DNA from: Squalus acanthias
Taxonomy: Eukaryota
Direction: 5' to 3'
DNA: 64,000 nt
Assembly: GCA_030390025.1 (NCBI GenBank)
Contig: CM059432.1
Location: 21,268,001 to 21,332,000 of the forward strand
Below are positions 49,684-62,999 of the stretch, piece by piece (within the stretch, counting starts at the first letter, position 1; each line of letters begins with the position of its first letter). The notes under the pieces are model-generated. The model made no database searches. It was not told where the DNA came from and was given only the letters and a program-made list of their open reading frames with translations. The position numbers and the translations under genes are program-made.

Positions 49684-51322
49684 GCTGCTTGCAGATGCCT
49701 CCTTTGGGGAAGCGCTCATAGCAAAGGGGGAGAGGGTCTTTCAAGGAGGTCCCACAGTTGATGGATTCAAGCTGCAGCACTTCTGACTTCGGAAGGCCTT
49801 CTAAAAGTGCTCAAAGACCTTTTAAAGCATAGATCTGCCACCTGCAACTAATCCTTGATGAAATAAACGATTTAATGTTGAACCTGCAGCTGTGAGGAGG
49901 CCACCCACTTCTCAACCTGCCAGGTTGAGCTGGCGTGGTTTAGAATGGTCGTGGAATGCGCCAAAATGGTCGAAAAATCACGAGGGCCGCGCAAAATAGG
50001 CTTAGCGAGGCCTTTAACGAGCATTTAATCATCTTAACAAGCGCTATGGCCAGCTTAAGGCGGGACCGTTTCTTGCGCTGCAAAGCCGGCACCGGCAAAA
50101 TCCTGCGGAGGCAGGTTGGAGGTGGGTTCCAAACCCGCACTCATTGTTTCTGATTTTCCCGCCTTTCCCGCCTCCAAACCCGCCTCCTCGGACGTCAGAA
50201 AATCGCCCCCTGAGGTAGGAGACTTGCTCTTTGAAGACCCTGGGTGGATATGGCTTCCTGCTGAGAGCACTTCTCCCCCTTCTCCTCCTGCTTCTTCGAG
50301 CAGCTTGTCCTGCTCTGTGTCACCGCTAGTCATTCTCCCTGTCATGCTGCAGGCCAAGGGGGATGTAAACTACTGCACTCATGTCTGGGAGCAACTGGTC
50401 TGAGCAGGCCCCTTTGCAAGTCAGTACCAAGTGCCACGTGCCACACCACTCCTTGTAGACTTTAGGCAACTTTAAAGAAGTCTAGAAACCACCAAACACT
50501 TCTCTAAAATCAGCAACAGCTAGTAGAGATCAATCAACAACTAACCTGTAATCGGTGATGATCCATTTAAATAGCACTGGTATAGGGTCCTTCCTGCTGA
50601 GGGCGTTAGCTCCAGCATTGAAGTCACAAATGGCAGCGCTGGCGTCAAATCAGCATAATGCTGATTGACGTCACAAACTGCCTACTCTGCATGGTTACGG
50701 TGCACGCTTGCAGCGCCAACGCTAACACCCTCACCAAAATGGCGTCCGGCGCATCCCGCACCAGAAGTGTGCGCGCGCTGCTCAGACGCTATTTGCGAGC
50801 CAATTCGCACCCGTAGCGCCCAAACACGCAATCAAATTTTTAGCCCCAATCTGTCTAAGTTTAATTTTTTGTGAGCAAACATTGGGGCAGATTTTTTAAC
50901 TCAGTCTGCCTGGCAGAACTGGAGTGGTAGCAGAGTTAAAATGGCGGTGGTGAACTTATCGTCTCATTCCCGCTCTGCCGGAATTTTTCCCAGGGCTTTC
51001 TGCTGAGGCAGGAGCCTCATTAATCCGTGCAAATTTGAGGTCCGACGGTGTAGATAGGACCCCGATTAAATTCTAATGTCCTACTGGACTGAACGTGCAC
51101 CATGGACGCTTCTTTAAGTAAAACCTTGGGGTGCAGCCTGAAAAGGTAAGTGTTAAAATTATTTTTGTAGGACCAGGAGCAGCAAGAGTACTTCTACAGG
51201 CACCACAAGAATTATGCGGGCCGTTATTGTCCTGGGCCCGCCCACCTCTCCAACCCGCGATCACAGCCCCTTCCCTCTCGGACCTACCTTGTTGCTGGCT
51301 GGCCTGCTCTCTGGGGCGGACG

Positions 51323-51526
51323 AGAGCGGGTGAGCAGCAGCGGTGCCAGTCCAGAGTGGGTGAGTAGCAGCGGTGCCAGTCCAGAGTGGGTGAGCAGCAG
51401 CGGTGCCAGTCCAGAGTGGGTGAGCAGCAGCGGTGCCAGTCCAGAGTGGGTGAGCAGCAGCGGTGCCAGTCCAGAGCGGGTGAGTAGCAGCGGTGCCAGT
51501 CCAGAGCGGGCGAACAGCAGCGGTGC
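51323..51526. repeat. 30-bp minisatellite, about 6.8 copies
   Basis: Unit AGAG(T/C)GGGTGAG(C/T)AGCAGCGGTGCCAGTCC repeated head-to-tail. Confidence 0.97.
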
Positions 51527-51817
51527 GCCTATTTGGTGCCCTCGGCTTTCCGGCAGCATGGTAATGAGGTTGTGCTCCCGAAACGCACCGTGCATCCCAC
51601 TGGCACGATTGGTTGGTCACCCGGCGTGTTCTGCCTGTCGGCTGCCCAAAAGTCACAATCTACCCCAACAGATAGAGGTGGCAAACTGACCTTTCAGGTC
51701 AAGTCGAAAAGAAGTCAGGGGTCGTTGCTGTGCTTTATATTTTCTCCCCTTAATTTTTTTTCCCTTCCTCTCCTAAAGATTTTGACTCATTTTGGTATTT
51801 TGTTCCTCCTGTATGAA

Positions 51818-52460
51818 TGGGCCCGATTTTATGTTTGCAACGCAGTGGGAGCTGGGGGTTGGGGGGGGGGGGTGGAATGGGGTGGTGGCGGGAGGTCCGA
51901 TAGTGTGCGGGAAACTTGTAAGTAAGTTCAACGCATCTGTCAGTGGCTTTTTAACTCAGCCACCTCATTATCATTTTACTTCCGGGTTTCCAGTCCAATC
52001 AGCGGCAGCGGGCGTGATGTGGACCCGTATGACGCGATCTCAACTCCAGTATTTAAAGGGACAATCCAAAGATGCAAGTTGAAGGAGTTTGCAGTTGAGA
52101 AGAAGAGAGAAATAAGTGTCAGAATGGAGTCCAAATGGGCAAAGGCTGCTCCCCGTTTCACTGACGCCTCCCTGGATGTGCTGCAGTGGGCTGTGAGGAG
52201 TACTCTTCCCGAGCAACGGGAGGAAGAAACCTGCAACTGAGGAGACTAAGAAGGTGTGGTTGAAGGTTGTGGAGGAGGTCAGCTGCAAGAGCGTGGTGCC
52301 ACACTCCTGAATTCAGTGTAGGAAGCGATTTAATGACCTAAGCAGGTTAGGAAAGGTGAGTACAGTGGGGCATTCATCTACATCTTGCTGTGCGCATCCC
52401 CCCGCCCCCTCACTCTGCCTTCTCAAGCCTCCATCACATCACTCCTCACACCCACTCAAG
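51818..52460 (+). mobile_element. Harbinger left end with Myb/SANT exon remnant
   Basis: GGGCCCGATTTT TIR-like start; MESKWAKAAPRFTDASLDVL...KKVWLKV..EVS...QCRKRFNDL followed by GTGAGT donor at about 52356. Confidence 0.7.
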
Positions 52461-52461
52461 T

Positions 52462-54712
52462 TGCAGGAGAGGGTGACAAAAGGGAATATGAAGAGGATAT
52501 TCTTCTAAGGAAGAAGTGAAAAAAACAATTAAGAGGACAAAGGAATTACAAAAAGAAATTATCAAAGAAAAGAAAAGAAATAGTAAAGTATTCTACAGAC
52601 ACATAAATAACAAAAGGAAAATTAAGTTAGGGATAGGGCTACTAAGTTATACACAAGATAAACTCACAGGTAATGACAGTGAAATGGCAGAATTATTGAA
52701 TTGCCTCAGTTTTTACCAGGGAGACTAACAAAGTGGACATGACATTAGAAGAAGAGATCAAAAAGGATATCAAGACATTTAAGATAGAAAGGAGGGAAGT
52801 AATTTTTTTTTAATTATTCGTTTATGGGAGGTGGGCGTCGCTGGCAAGGCCAGCATTTATTGCCCATCCCTAATTGCCCTTGAGAAGGTGGTGGTGAGCC
52901 ATCTTCTTGAACCGCTGCAGCCTGTGTGGTGAAGGTACTCCCACAGTGCTGTTAGTTAGGGAGTTCCAGGATTTTGACCCAGCGACGATGAAGGATCGGC
53001 AATATACTTCTAAGTCAGGATGGTGTGTGACTTAAAGGGGAACTTGGAGGTGGTGGTGTTCCCATGCGCCTGCTGCCCTTGTCCTTTTAGGTGGAAAAGG
53101 TCGCGAGTTTGGGAGGTGCTGCCGAAGAAGCCTTGGCGAGTTGCTGCAGTGCATCTTGTAGATTGATAAACTAGTCAAATTTAGAGACAATAAACACCGG
53201 GTTTGGATGGATTACATTCACGCATACTCAAAGAAGCTAAGGAAGAGCTAGCAGAGGTACAAGTATATATATATAAATAAAATCAATAGAAGAGGGACTA
53301 GTGCCAGAGGACTGGCGGACAGCTAACGTTATTCCTACATTCAAAAAGGGAGATAGAACAAATAGATAGAATAAATCTGGGGCACTATAGACCAGTTAGC
53401 TTAACGCCAATGGTAGAAAGATATTGGAACCTTTACTCAAAGATGTAATAGAAAAACACCTAGAAAATGAAAATATAACAAAGAGTAGTCAGCGCAGATT
53501 TCAAAAGGGAAGGTCATGCTTGACCAACCTTATTGAATTCTTTGAAGAAATAGCAGAAAAAGTAGACAAAGGTAATGCAATGGATGTAATATACATGAAC
53601 TTTCAAAAGGTCTTTGGTAAGGTACCACATATTAGACTCATGACTAAGGTCAGAGCATGTGCAGTCAGGGGACAAATAGAATGGATAGCAAATTGGCTAC
53701 AAAATGAAAAATAGAGAGTAGGATTTATAGGTAGTTATTCAGACTGGTGAAAGGAGGGAAGTGGTGTTCCACAGGGATTGGTGCTGAGTCCATTGTTGTT
53801 CACCATTTACAGAAATGATTTGGAGTCAGGAATCAGAAGTATAAAACATGCAGAATGGGCGTGTGAATGGGAAATGAATTTCAATATAGATATGTGTGAG
53901 TTGTTGCATTTTGGGAGGAGGAATAAGGAGGCCACATACTCCTTGGAAAATAAGAGTCTAAATGGGGTAGAGACGCAAAGGGATCTAGGGGTATAGATTC
54001 ACAAATCATTAAAAGTAGCAACGTAGGTTAATAAAGCCATAAAAAGTTCATGTCTAGAGGAATGGAATTCAAAAGCAGAGAAGTTATGTTAAACTTATGT
54101 AGAACCTTATATATATTAAACTTAGATAGGCCTCCTTCTGTACTGTATTATTCTATAATTCTATTCTATTCTATAACTTTGGTTGGACCACACTTAGAGT
54201 ACTGTGCACAGTTCTGGTCTCCATATTACAAAAAGGATATAGAAGCACTGGAGAAAGTGCAAAAGAATTTTACAAGGATGATGGCAAAACTAAGAGTGTG
54301 CAACTATCAGGAAAGACTGAACAGGCTGGGCCCTTTTCTCTATAAAAGAGGTGATTGCGAGGTCTTCAAAATTATGCAGGGGTTTGATAGGGTAGATGTA
54401 AAGAGGATGTTTCCACTTGAGGGGGGAATCCAAAACTAGGGGCTATAAGTACAAGATAGTCACTAATAAATCCAATAAGGAATTCAGGAGAACAGTGGTG
54501 AGAATGAGGAACTCGCTACCATGAAGTGGTTGAGGCAAATAGCATAGATGCATTTAAGGGGAAGCTAGATAGGTACATGAGGGAGAAAGGAATAGAAGGA
54601 TATGCTGATAAGGGTGAGATAAAGTAAATTGGGAGGAGGCTCATGTGCAGCAAAAACACCGGCATTGACCTGTTAGGCCAAATGGCCTGTTTCTGTGCTG
54701 TCAAATTCTATG
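52462..54712 (+). mobile_element. Decayed CR1 ORF2 and 3' end, interrupted at about 52805-53160 by a minus-strand LINE 3' fragment
   Basis: GRSCLTNLIEFFEE, HLEYCAQFWSPYYKKDIEALE; same family as 245-1432. Confidence 0.88.
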
Positions 54713-55697
54713 TAATGATTGGTTCCTATCTTTGGGATCTAATTGGTTGAAGTTCTGGAATGTAATTCACAATCTAGTCAAGGAACTTGTAAGATTCTAT
54801 ACACGTAATAAAACCGCTGCTACCGTGTGGAGATCAAAATTGCCAACAAATTGTGAGATGATAACGGACGGACTCAAAATGGAGGAAGTCAGCATGTGTT
54901 CTTTGTCTGTGAGGATTCAAAATGGAGGAAGTCAGCAGGGGGTCCTTTATCTGTGAGGATTCAAAATGGAGGAAGTCAGCATATGGTCCTTTGTCTGTAA
55001 GGATTCAAAATGGAGGTGGTCAGCATATGGTCCTTTGTTTGCGAGACCACATGGACAGGAAAGAGAAACACCAGGTGAAGAGGAAGTCCTGCCCCTACAC
55101 ACACCACAGGAACATGAATGTGTCATGCAGAAGGAACTCCAATCAGGGAAGGTTGGGAGTGAAACTGACCTATCAGAGGGAGGCAGATGGAGAAATATGA
55201 GGGGGCCCATGCCGGAAGGCACTATAAAGGAGAGACACAGAAGCGGGAAAATTAGAAGGACAAAAGGGAGCTGTTGAAATGGCAGGCTACGTTTGCAGCC
55301 TACCACTTCTTCCGGATTGATCCCCTGTGGAGGGGTGTATGTATGCATGTATGAAAGTCAGACATGGAATATTTTTTTGCCAGGGTGATATAAATTGCGG
55401 GGATACTTTTATGTACAAAACTGTGGGCATATATATTGCCAGGGGGATCCTAAACTGTGGAGCATATGAATTCCTGGGAGTACTTCTATGTACAGACTTA
55501 TTAAACTGTGGGCATCTATATTGCGGGGCAAATTAATAAACTGTGGGCGTATGCATTGCCGAGGTTGCTTCTATGTAAGCTTGAATTTTTAAACTAGTGT
55601 GAATAAAGACCGCTTTTATTGATCACAAACGTATCTGTCATTGTTACGCTTATTTGTAATTCTCGAGGTTCGAACAGTAGTAGAAGAAAGTCCTACA
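54711..55697 (+). mobile_element. Probable solo LTR (ERV-like) with U3 tandem repeats
   Basis: TGTAAT... start overlapping the CR1 tail; four about 44-bp repeats at 54871-55045; TATAAA at about 55223; AATAAA at about 55602; ends GTCCTACA. No TSD found. Confidence 0.65.
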
Positions 55698-56225
55698 AAC
55701 TCCATAACATTACAGCACCAGCAATGATACAGACTCAGTTCTTTCAGTATTTGAATAAGTCATCATTTTAATATGTATAAATGTAACAATTCTAAGGGTC
55801 ACATAACTTTAACACAGCAAGCAAGCAACCCCTGATATATTTTGCATATACATTTAAAATTAGTATTTGCAGTATGAAAATGTCATGCATTATTAATAAC
55901 TTCACAGCATAAATACAATTACCTGACTGGAAAAGTAATGGGAGACAAAGCCATTTTTAACAAACAAAATGCAGCCTGCAGGCCATTAATTCCTAATCAT
56001 GTCATCGTATTCCTATCAATTTTTCTCTCCTATTTATTTCATACTGCCTCATTAGTCTCTTTTTGTCTGTTCATTAGAGTCTTTGTATTTTCCTTTCTGT
56101 ATCTCTCTGATTTCTGTCTTGTTGTGTCTACAGAGAGAGCAAAAAAAATACGGTGGTGAGAGGCTGATTGATGATTCAGTGAGAAATACACAGTGCAGTT
56201 TGGTACTGGGCCTTATAGACCCCTA

Positions 56226-57983
56226 GGGGGAAAAATTCGTTCTCACCTGGAAAGCAGTCGGTGTCCTTGCCAACTGCCGTTAACGGCTGCCCGAAATGGC
56301 TGCCACACTAAACGAGGTAAATTGGTGTAGGGGGCATGGTGGTATGTGGTGCAGCGCTAACCTTAGGTGCAACGCCGTCCTGGTGGTGTTGCACGAGGGA
56401 TCTATTTGTTGTGCTGATGCGGCGTTGCTGCTTCCCCGAGTGTCTGTGTGCGAGGCTGTGAAGCTCGCAATGCATTGTGGGCAGTGAGGATCTCTGAAAT
56501 TTAAAGGGCCATGCACATTGAAGCAAGGGAAAACAAAATGCACTGATTCAATATATTTTTCAGCCTTTCTGTCTTTTAACAAATAATCAATATTTAAAAG
56601 AAGTTCCAAATGTCAATAGTCACCATTTAAAGCTGAATTACCTTCCTAAACTCAACAAATGGGAAAACTGCCTCAGTACTACCACAAATGGCTCAGCAAG
56701 CCAGGGAAGGGGCACCCAAGGTCTCACACGCAGCACTCCAGCTTTGTGCAGGCGGTCAACACTGCAAGACTGGCCCTCTACCCACAGGGGCCAGGAGGCC
56801 CTCCAGAAAGAACAAAGTGGGGGTACATTACCAAGGCCCTCACTGCCAGCAGTGTCGCCACCCACCACTTGGCTCCAGTGCCCAAAGAAGCTTCATGATC
56901 TCAGACCACTGGTCAAAGTCAGTGAATGCATCTTCAAAAGACGTCACCTACCAACTGAACCACTAGCCTCACACACTGCTTAATGCAGGACCCCCAATCA
57001 CTCACCTACTAACAATCTGCACCAATGACAAGGCACATCTCCCATTCCTAGCATCACCTCACCCCCTTGGGAGAGATGGTGCTGGCCATTCTTGGCAGGG
57101 GCATGTCTAAGCCCTTGGCCAGTGGCGGGGCTGAAAGGATACAAGATGCGGATATCCTCGTACGTTATCCTCCTTCTGGCATGCAGCTCTAGGCTTCCCA
57201 CCCTCCCATCAGCACAACTCCACCCTTGTGCCTTCCTCTTTTCACACACCCAAGAAATGCATCCTGCCCAGCGAGTGGGACCGCATGCAGATGATTCCAT
57301 CCCAGATATCCCGGCCACAAAGAGGCTCTCTGGGATTCATCCTTCCATCTGATTCCTCCTCTTCAGCTGCCTCCTCTTCGACTTCCTCCTCTTCTGAGTC
57401 TTCCTCTTCCCTCTTCAAGTGGATGCTGTAAATGTGAAATGACAGCATAAAATGCTGCAATTACTCAGTTGGTCAGGCAGCATGTCGACCTGAGACATGA
57501 ATTCCACGGATGTTGCGTGACCTGCTGAGTATTCGCAGCATGTTCTGTCTTCTCAAAGGCCTTCATTTACTATCCGAGCCCTTGGAAGCATCCAGCAGCA
57601 CTCCCTACACATTAAAATACTTTTCGCATCTATTGCAGCAAGCCGCCACTTCAATAAAATAAAAAAAACCCAGCCGAAACCCTTCCATTCAAATTTACCT
57701 GATTGATGTGTGTGTCCCTTTAACAGCTGCAGATATCGGCCCTGGCAGTGTCGGTCAGCCTGCTTACGTGCCAAGTTAACCTGGCGTGCTTAGGATCCAG
57801 CGCTGACTAAATCGCTAGGGTCAAACTTTCCGTAGGTGACGTTACACGGCGCCATTTTACCGGCAGCGCAAAGGGTGGCCGCCGCCGGGACCACCTCCAG
57901 CTGGCGCAAGAGCGGTGGCTGCCATTTTTCCCCGCATCGCTGGCGCTACCATGTGGCGGTAAGGACATCAATTTCTCGCCCCT
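56226..57983. mobile_element. Internally deleted Harbinger element
   Basis: Imperfect TIRs GGGGGAAAAATT / AATTTCTCGCCCC; decayed Myb-like segment at about 56688-56920 (+); acidic nuclease C-terminus-like segment at about 57240-57420 (-); small inverted Penelope fragment at about 57440-57552. Confidence 0.6.
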
Positions 57984-58160
57984 TAGGTTTTATCTGTTTT
58001 TTTGCTTAACATAGGAACAAAGGAATTGCTCGACGAATTGCTAGAAAAAAGACCAAGATCCGTCATGTTCACCTTCTACCATCCTGGTCGCACATGACAC
58101 AGTGATAATGGAGATGTTGACTAATCATGGCAATCAATCTCCATCAATTAGTCTGCAACA

Positions 58161-60125
58161 GAGGATTGGGATCTTTTTAGAAATCAGCAAAGGGGGACCA
58201 AGAAATTGATAAAGAAAAGGAAAATGGAATATTAGCACAAACTAGCGAAAAATATAAAAACGGATTGTAAAAGCTTCTATAGGTATGTGAAAAGGAAAAG
58301 ACTGACAAAGGTAAATGTAGGTCCTTTACAGTCAGAGACGGGAGAATTTATAATGGGGAATGAGGAGATGGCATGAGAAATTAAATAAATACTTTGTTTC
58401 TGTCTTCACGGAGGAAGACACAAAAAACCTCCCAGAAATACGAGAAAACCAAGGGTGTGGCGAGAATGAGGAACTTAAAGAAATTATTATTAGTAAAAAA
58501 ACAGTACTAGCAAAATTAATGGGACTAAAAGTCAATAAATCTCAAGGACCGGATGACGTACATCCTAGGGTTTTGAAAGAGGTTGCCATTGGGATAATGG
58601 ACGCATTGATTGTCATCTTCCAAAATTCTATAGATTCAGGAACGGTTCCTGCAGATTGAAGGATAGCAAATGTAACCCTGCTATTTAAGAAAGGAGGGAG
58701 AGAGAAAATGGGGAACTACAGACCTGTTAGCGTCACATCAGTAGTTGGGAAAATGCTGGAATCTATTATAAAGGATGCAATAACTGGGCACTTAGAAACT
58801 AATAGTAAGATTGGGCAGATTCAACATGGATTTATGAAAGGGAAATCCTGTTTGACAAACCTATTGGAGTTCTTTGAGGATGTAACTAGTGGAATCGACA
58901 AAGGGGAACTGGTAGATGTGATGTATGTGGATTTTCAGAAGGCCTTCGATAAGGTCCCACACAAGAGGTTGGTGAACAAAATTAGGGCACATGGAATTGG
59001 GGGTAATATACTAGCATGGATTGAGAATTGGTTAACAGACAGAAAACACAGAGTAGGGATATATAGGTCTGTTTCAGGATGGCAGGCTGTGACTAGTGGG
59101 GTACCGCAAGGATTGGTGCTTGGGCCCCAGCTATTCACAATCTATATCAATGATTTGGATGAGGGGACTAAATGTAACATTTCCAAATTTGCTGATGATA
59201 CAAAGCTAGGTGGCAGTGTCAGTTGTGAAGAGGATGTGAAGAGGCTTCAGGGGGATCTCGACAGGCTCAGTAAGTGAGCGAGAACATGGCAGATGGAATA
59301 TAATGTGGATAAATGTGAAGTTATCCACTTTTGTAGAAAAAACAGAAAGGCAGAGTATTTCCTAAATGATGAAAGATTGGGGAATGCAGATGCTCAAAGG
59401 GACCTGGGTGTCCTTGTACATGAGTCACTAAAAGTGAATGTGCAGGTGCAGCAAGCCATTAGGAAGGCAAATGGTATGCTGGCCTTCATTACAAGAGGAT
59501 TTGAGTACAGGAGTAAAGAAGTCTTACTCCAATTATATAGGGCCTTGGTGAGACCAAATCTGGAGTACAGTGTAAAACTTTGGTCTCCTTACCTAAGGAA
59601 GGATACACTTGCCATAGAGGGAGTGAAACAAAGGTTCACGAGATTGATTCCTGGGATGGCGGGACTGTCGTATGAGAAGAGATTAAGTAAACTAGGCCTG
59701 TATTCTCTTGAATTCAGAAGAATGAGAGGGGATCTCATTGAAGCATACAAAATTATTACAGGGCTTGATAGGGTGATGCTGGGAGAATGTTTCCCTTGGC
59801 TGGGGAGTGTAGAACCAGGGGCCACAGCCTCAGGATAAAGGGTAGGCCATTCAGGACTGAGATGAGAAGAAATTTCTTCACACAGACGGTGGTGAATCTT
59901 TGGAATTCTCTCCCCCAGAGGGCTGTGGAGGCTCAGTCATTGGGTATATTCAAAACAGAAGTCGATAGATTTCTGACTAGTAAGGGCATCAAGGGATATG
60001 GTGATAGGGCCGGTGAATGGAGTTGAGGCAGAAGATCAGCCATAATCTCATTGAATGGCGGAGCAGGCTCGAAGGGCCGAATGGCCTACTCCTGCTCCTA
60101 TTTCTTATGTTCTTATGTTCTTACA
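58161..60125 (+). mobile_element. CR1 LINE, same subfamily as 35660-42620 but without the Gypsy insertion
   Basis: Near-identical to 36174-37956 plus 42377-42620; ORFs 58360-58659, 58708-59277, 59293-59838 and 59787-60026. Confidence 0.96.
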
Positions 60126-62819
60126 TGATGCGAGGAAAACTCCAGCGGTAGAGCGCTTTGGGAACCATAGGCCTATAGTCACCTATTTCCTCCCAAGCAT
60201 GGTACACTTACCACATGCCATGTCTCAAATTACTCATAAACAATCCCAAAACATTATTTTCTGAAAGAAATCTCTCTAATCGAAATTCATCTGAATTGCT
60301 GCTGTAATTTGTAGTGATGGTGGGAGCAGTATAATTGGCAGTGTGATGGGGAAGGGAAAATCAGCCAAGGTTTTGATTGCTACCCAATGACTGCTGATAG
60401 GAGGAGTGGTGTGTGGATGTCTGGTGAAGACAGGATGATTTGACCCCAGGGTCAAAATGTCTGCCGACACTCAGTATTTAAGCTCCGTCATGAAGAAAGG
60501 CCACTGGGAAGAGGTACCAGAGGGCTACTGCCACCGTCAAAACTGTACTACAGAAGAGGAGAAGAGGAAAGGAGACACAGTGCAAAAGTGCTATTCATTT
60601 GAAGGAGACAAGAAAGGAAGGAAAACAAGTATATGATTAAAAGGCATATGGCATTGCCTCACAGCAGTTGAAAGCTTTTAATAACTTTGCTTTTGCAGGC
60701 TTATCTGCAAAATATATGATCATGAGCTGTTTCGAACAGTATTTTATCCTTCATTTCAACACAGGGAGGAGGTTGCAGTTCTGCATTTAATCCCTTTATT
60801 GAATGTACATTTTGCTTTCCGCTCTCAGGAATAACATGGTTAGATGTAGAGTAAAGCTCCCTCTACCCCACCCCAAAAATGTACCTCAACCCCAAACTCA
60901 GAAAGATACACCCTACAACACCACTGTGACATTTTTCCATTTCCCACACTGGCCATCTTGAGTGAAGTTACCAATTAGTGTTGTATTTGCTGCAGTTTCT
61001 TGCTGTGAGCAAATCTCCACTAGGAATTGAGCTGAGATGACCTAAACTTATTTCATGCATAACCCTTATCTCTAGTAGACTTGCATCCCATTAGTCTGGG
61101 TTTGATTCAAGTTCAGGTCCCAGAGGTGGAAGATCAGTGTCTAACACACTTCAGCACTCAGTCCCCAGTTATTTCTTTAATAGCTCGTGAATTAGTGAAC
61201 AAATCGGAAAAGCTGCATCATCTTTTATAAATGTTTTTGGTGATTTTTTTTGCATTCAGCGATGTCAGTGTTGGTAAAAAGAATGTTATTTCACTTTGGA
61301 GATCCAGTGTCACCATCAGATAGTCATAGATTAGATAGAACACAATGTAAAGCTTCTCCTATTTTAACTCTTTAAAGTACTTTAATTTCATCCACCAAAC
61401 AGCACCTCCTATAGCAAACATGTACATTTTTCCATCTTTATGGGCTCTCTGAGGGAGACTGCTAATATAATGCCATATTGTACAAATTATTGGTACTTTT
61501 GCACTGTGGATTTCCAACCATGCAAACCTGAGTTATATAGGATCCTTACAGATGGCAAAAAGAAGATACTTTCATCCCACCAGCACAAGCTTTTATCAGT
61601 ATACTAAGAGTGTCTTAAATTCTCCCAATTTGCCCAGATTTGTTGGGGGTGAAATTCTACTTTGGTGGTTGTGCAAAATGGGCAATAGCCAATTGGAAAC
61701 CTGTTTTCCACCTTGTCCGATTTGCTTTTCCATGATGGGAGGTCACTGAACTGAAGTCATAATTATCACTTACAACCTACCTGTTTGTACAGTCAGGGCC
61801 ATTCCATCTATTACAGCATTGCCTTGTTGGGTTACTTGGCACCAGATGGAATAAACGTGCTCAAGTTCCATTCCTGAGCCATCATCAACAGTGCCCAACA
61901 GTGCTGTGGATCTGCCTGGCTCAGATATTGGATCGTTGAGTCTACCACAAAGGGTTGACTAGATTCTGAACTTCCATCAGCAGGCGTATCATACTGAAGC
62001 AAACTGGAGCTCCTCACAAACAGCATAACGAGCAGCAGAACTTTAGCTGTAGCTAGTTGGCTTTCTGCAACCCAATCATGGTAGACAGTGAGTCATGGAA
62101 ATATGAGTATGTGCTCTCATATCTGGCCTTGAGGTAATTCCTTTCAGCAACTGTCATCCCAAGTGGATGGGGGAAGCAAAAAGAGTCTGAAATACAACAT
62201 CCTGGTGGTGCTTGCACGTACAACATAAGGAAATAGTTCATGTGAATTAGAGATTCAGTAACTGAAGTTAATGGTTTGAGAATTATCTTCTTGGTCTATT
62301 TCACATAATAATTTATTTATGTAAATGTCTTGAGAGTGTCTGTTGCATTCCAGCCTTCAGTTGTCATACTTTGTTTTTCTCTTTCTCAAACAACTATCTG
62401 ATTCCCTTTTAACATTTACAACAAAGCATTCTTAAATAAAGTATACAAAAAGTGAGAGAAACCCAGTTATTTCCTGCTGTTTTTTTCTCATAGAACTACA
62501 TAGCAGTCACAACAGAGAAGCGGACCATTCGCCCCAACCAGTCTGTGTCTGTGCTTACCCTCCATGGGAGTAAATAGTCCGAATCACATTTACCCACTTG
62601 TTCCCATATCCCACTCGTCCCTTTTGATTTCATCCACCTATCCAAACTAATCTTGACCATTAACATGGGGGGAATTTTAACCTGGAGGAGCGTGTGGGTT
62701 TGGGTTCAGTTGGGTGGCTAAATCCGGCAAAAATGTGAGCACGTCGGGAAGCCGGCTCCAACACGCCAACTTCTGCATTTCACTTCAGCGCGTTAAGCTG
62801 TGTGCACGCAACCCCCCCG

Positions 62820-62853
62820 AGAGAGAGCGAGAGAGAGAGAGAGAGAGAGAGAG
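62820..62853. repeat. (GA)n microsatellite
   Basis: Direct reading. Confidence 0.9.
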
Positions 62854-62999
62854 GCGGGTTGTCAAATGACATAGGTTAATCGCTCAATTAGAAAGATATT
62901 GACATAGGTTATCACATTAACTTTGGGTCAACGAGTTTCCCGGGCTTCCTGGAACGCGTCAGTGAAAGCAAGGCGAGTACACAGCAGGCAATTGAGGGG

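Larger units (their letters stand above)
44728..50847. mobile_element. Outer PIF/Harbinger DNA transposon remnant with nested insertions
   Basis: TIRs GGGCTAAAAATT (44728-44739) / AATTTTTAGCCC (50835-50846); Myb/SANT gene remnant on + near the left end; nuclease N-terminus remnant (ALSRKPYPPRVFKEQVSYL) on - at about 50212-50270. Confidence 0.7.

Noticed and set aside
51323..51526. 30-bp repeats as a CRISPR array or repeat protein (ORFs on both strands)
   Set aside because: Head-to-tail units with no unique spacers, no cas genes and a vertebrate context; the ORFs arise because the 30-nt unit lacks stops in those frames.
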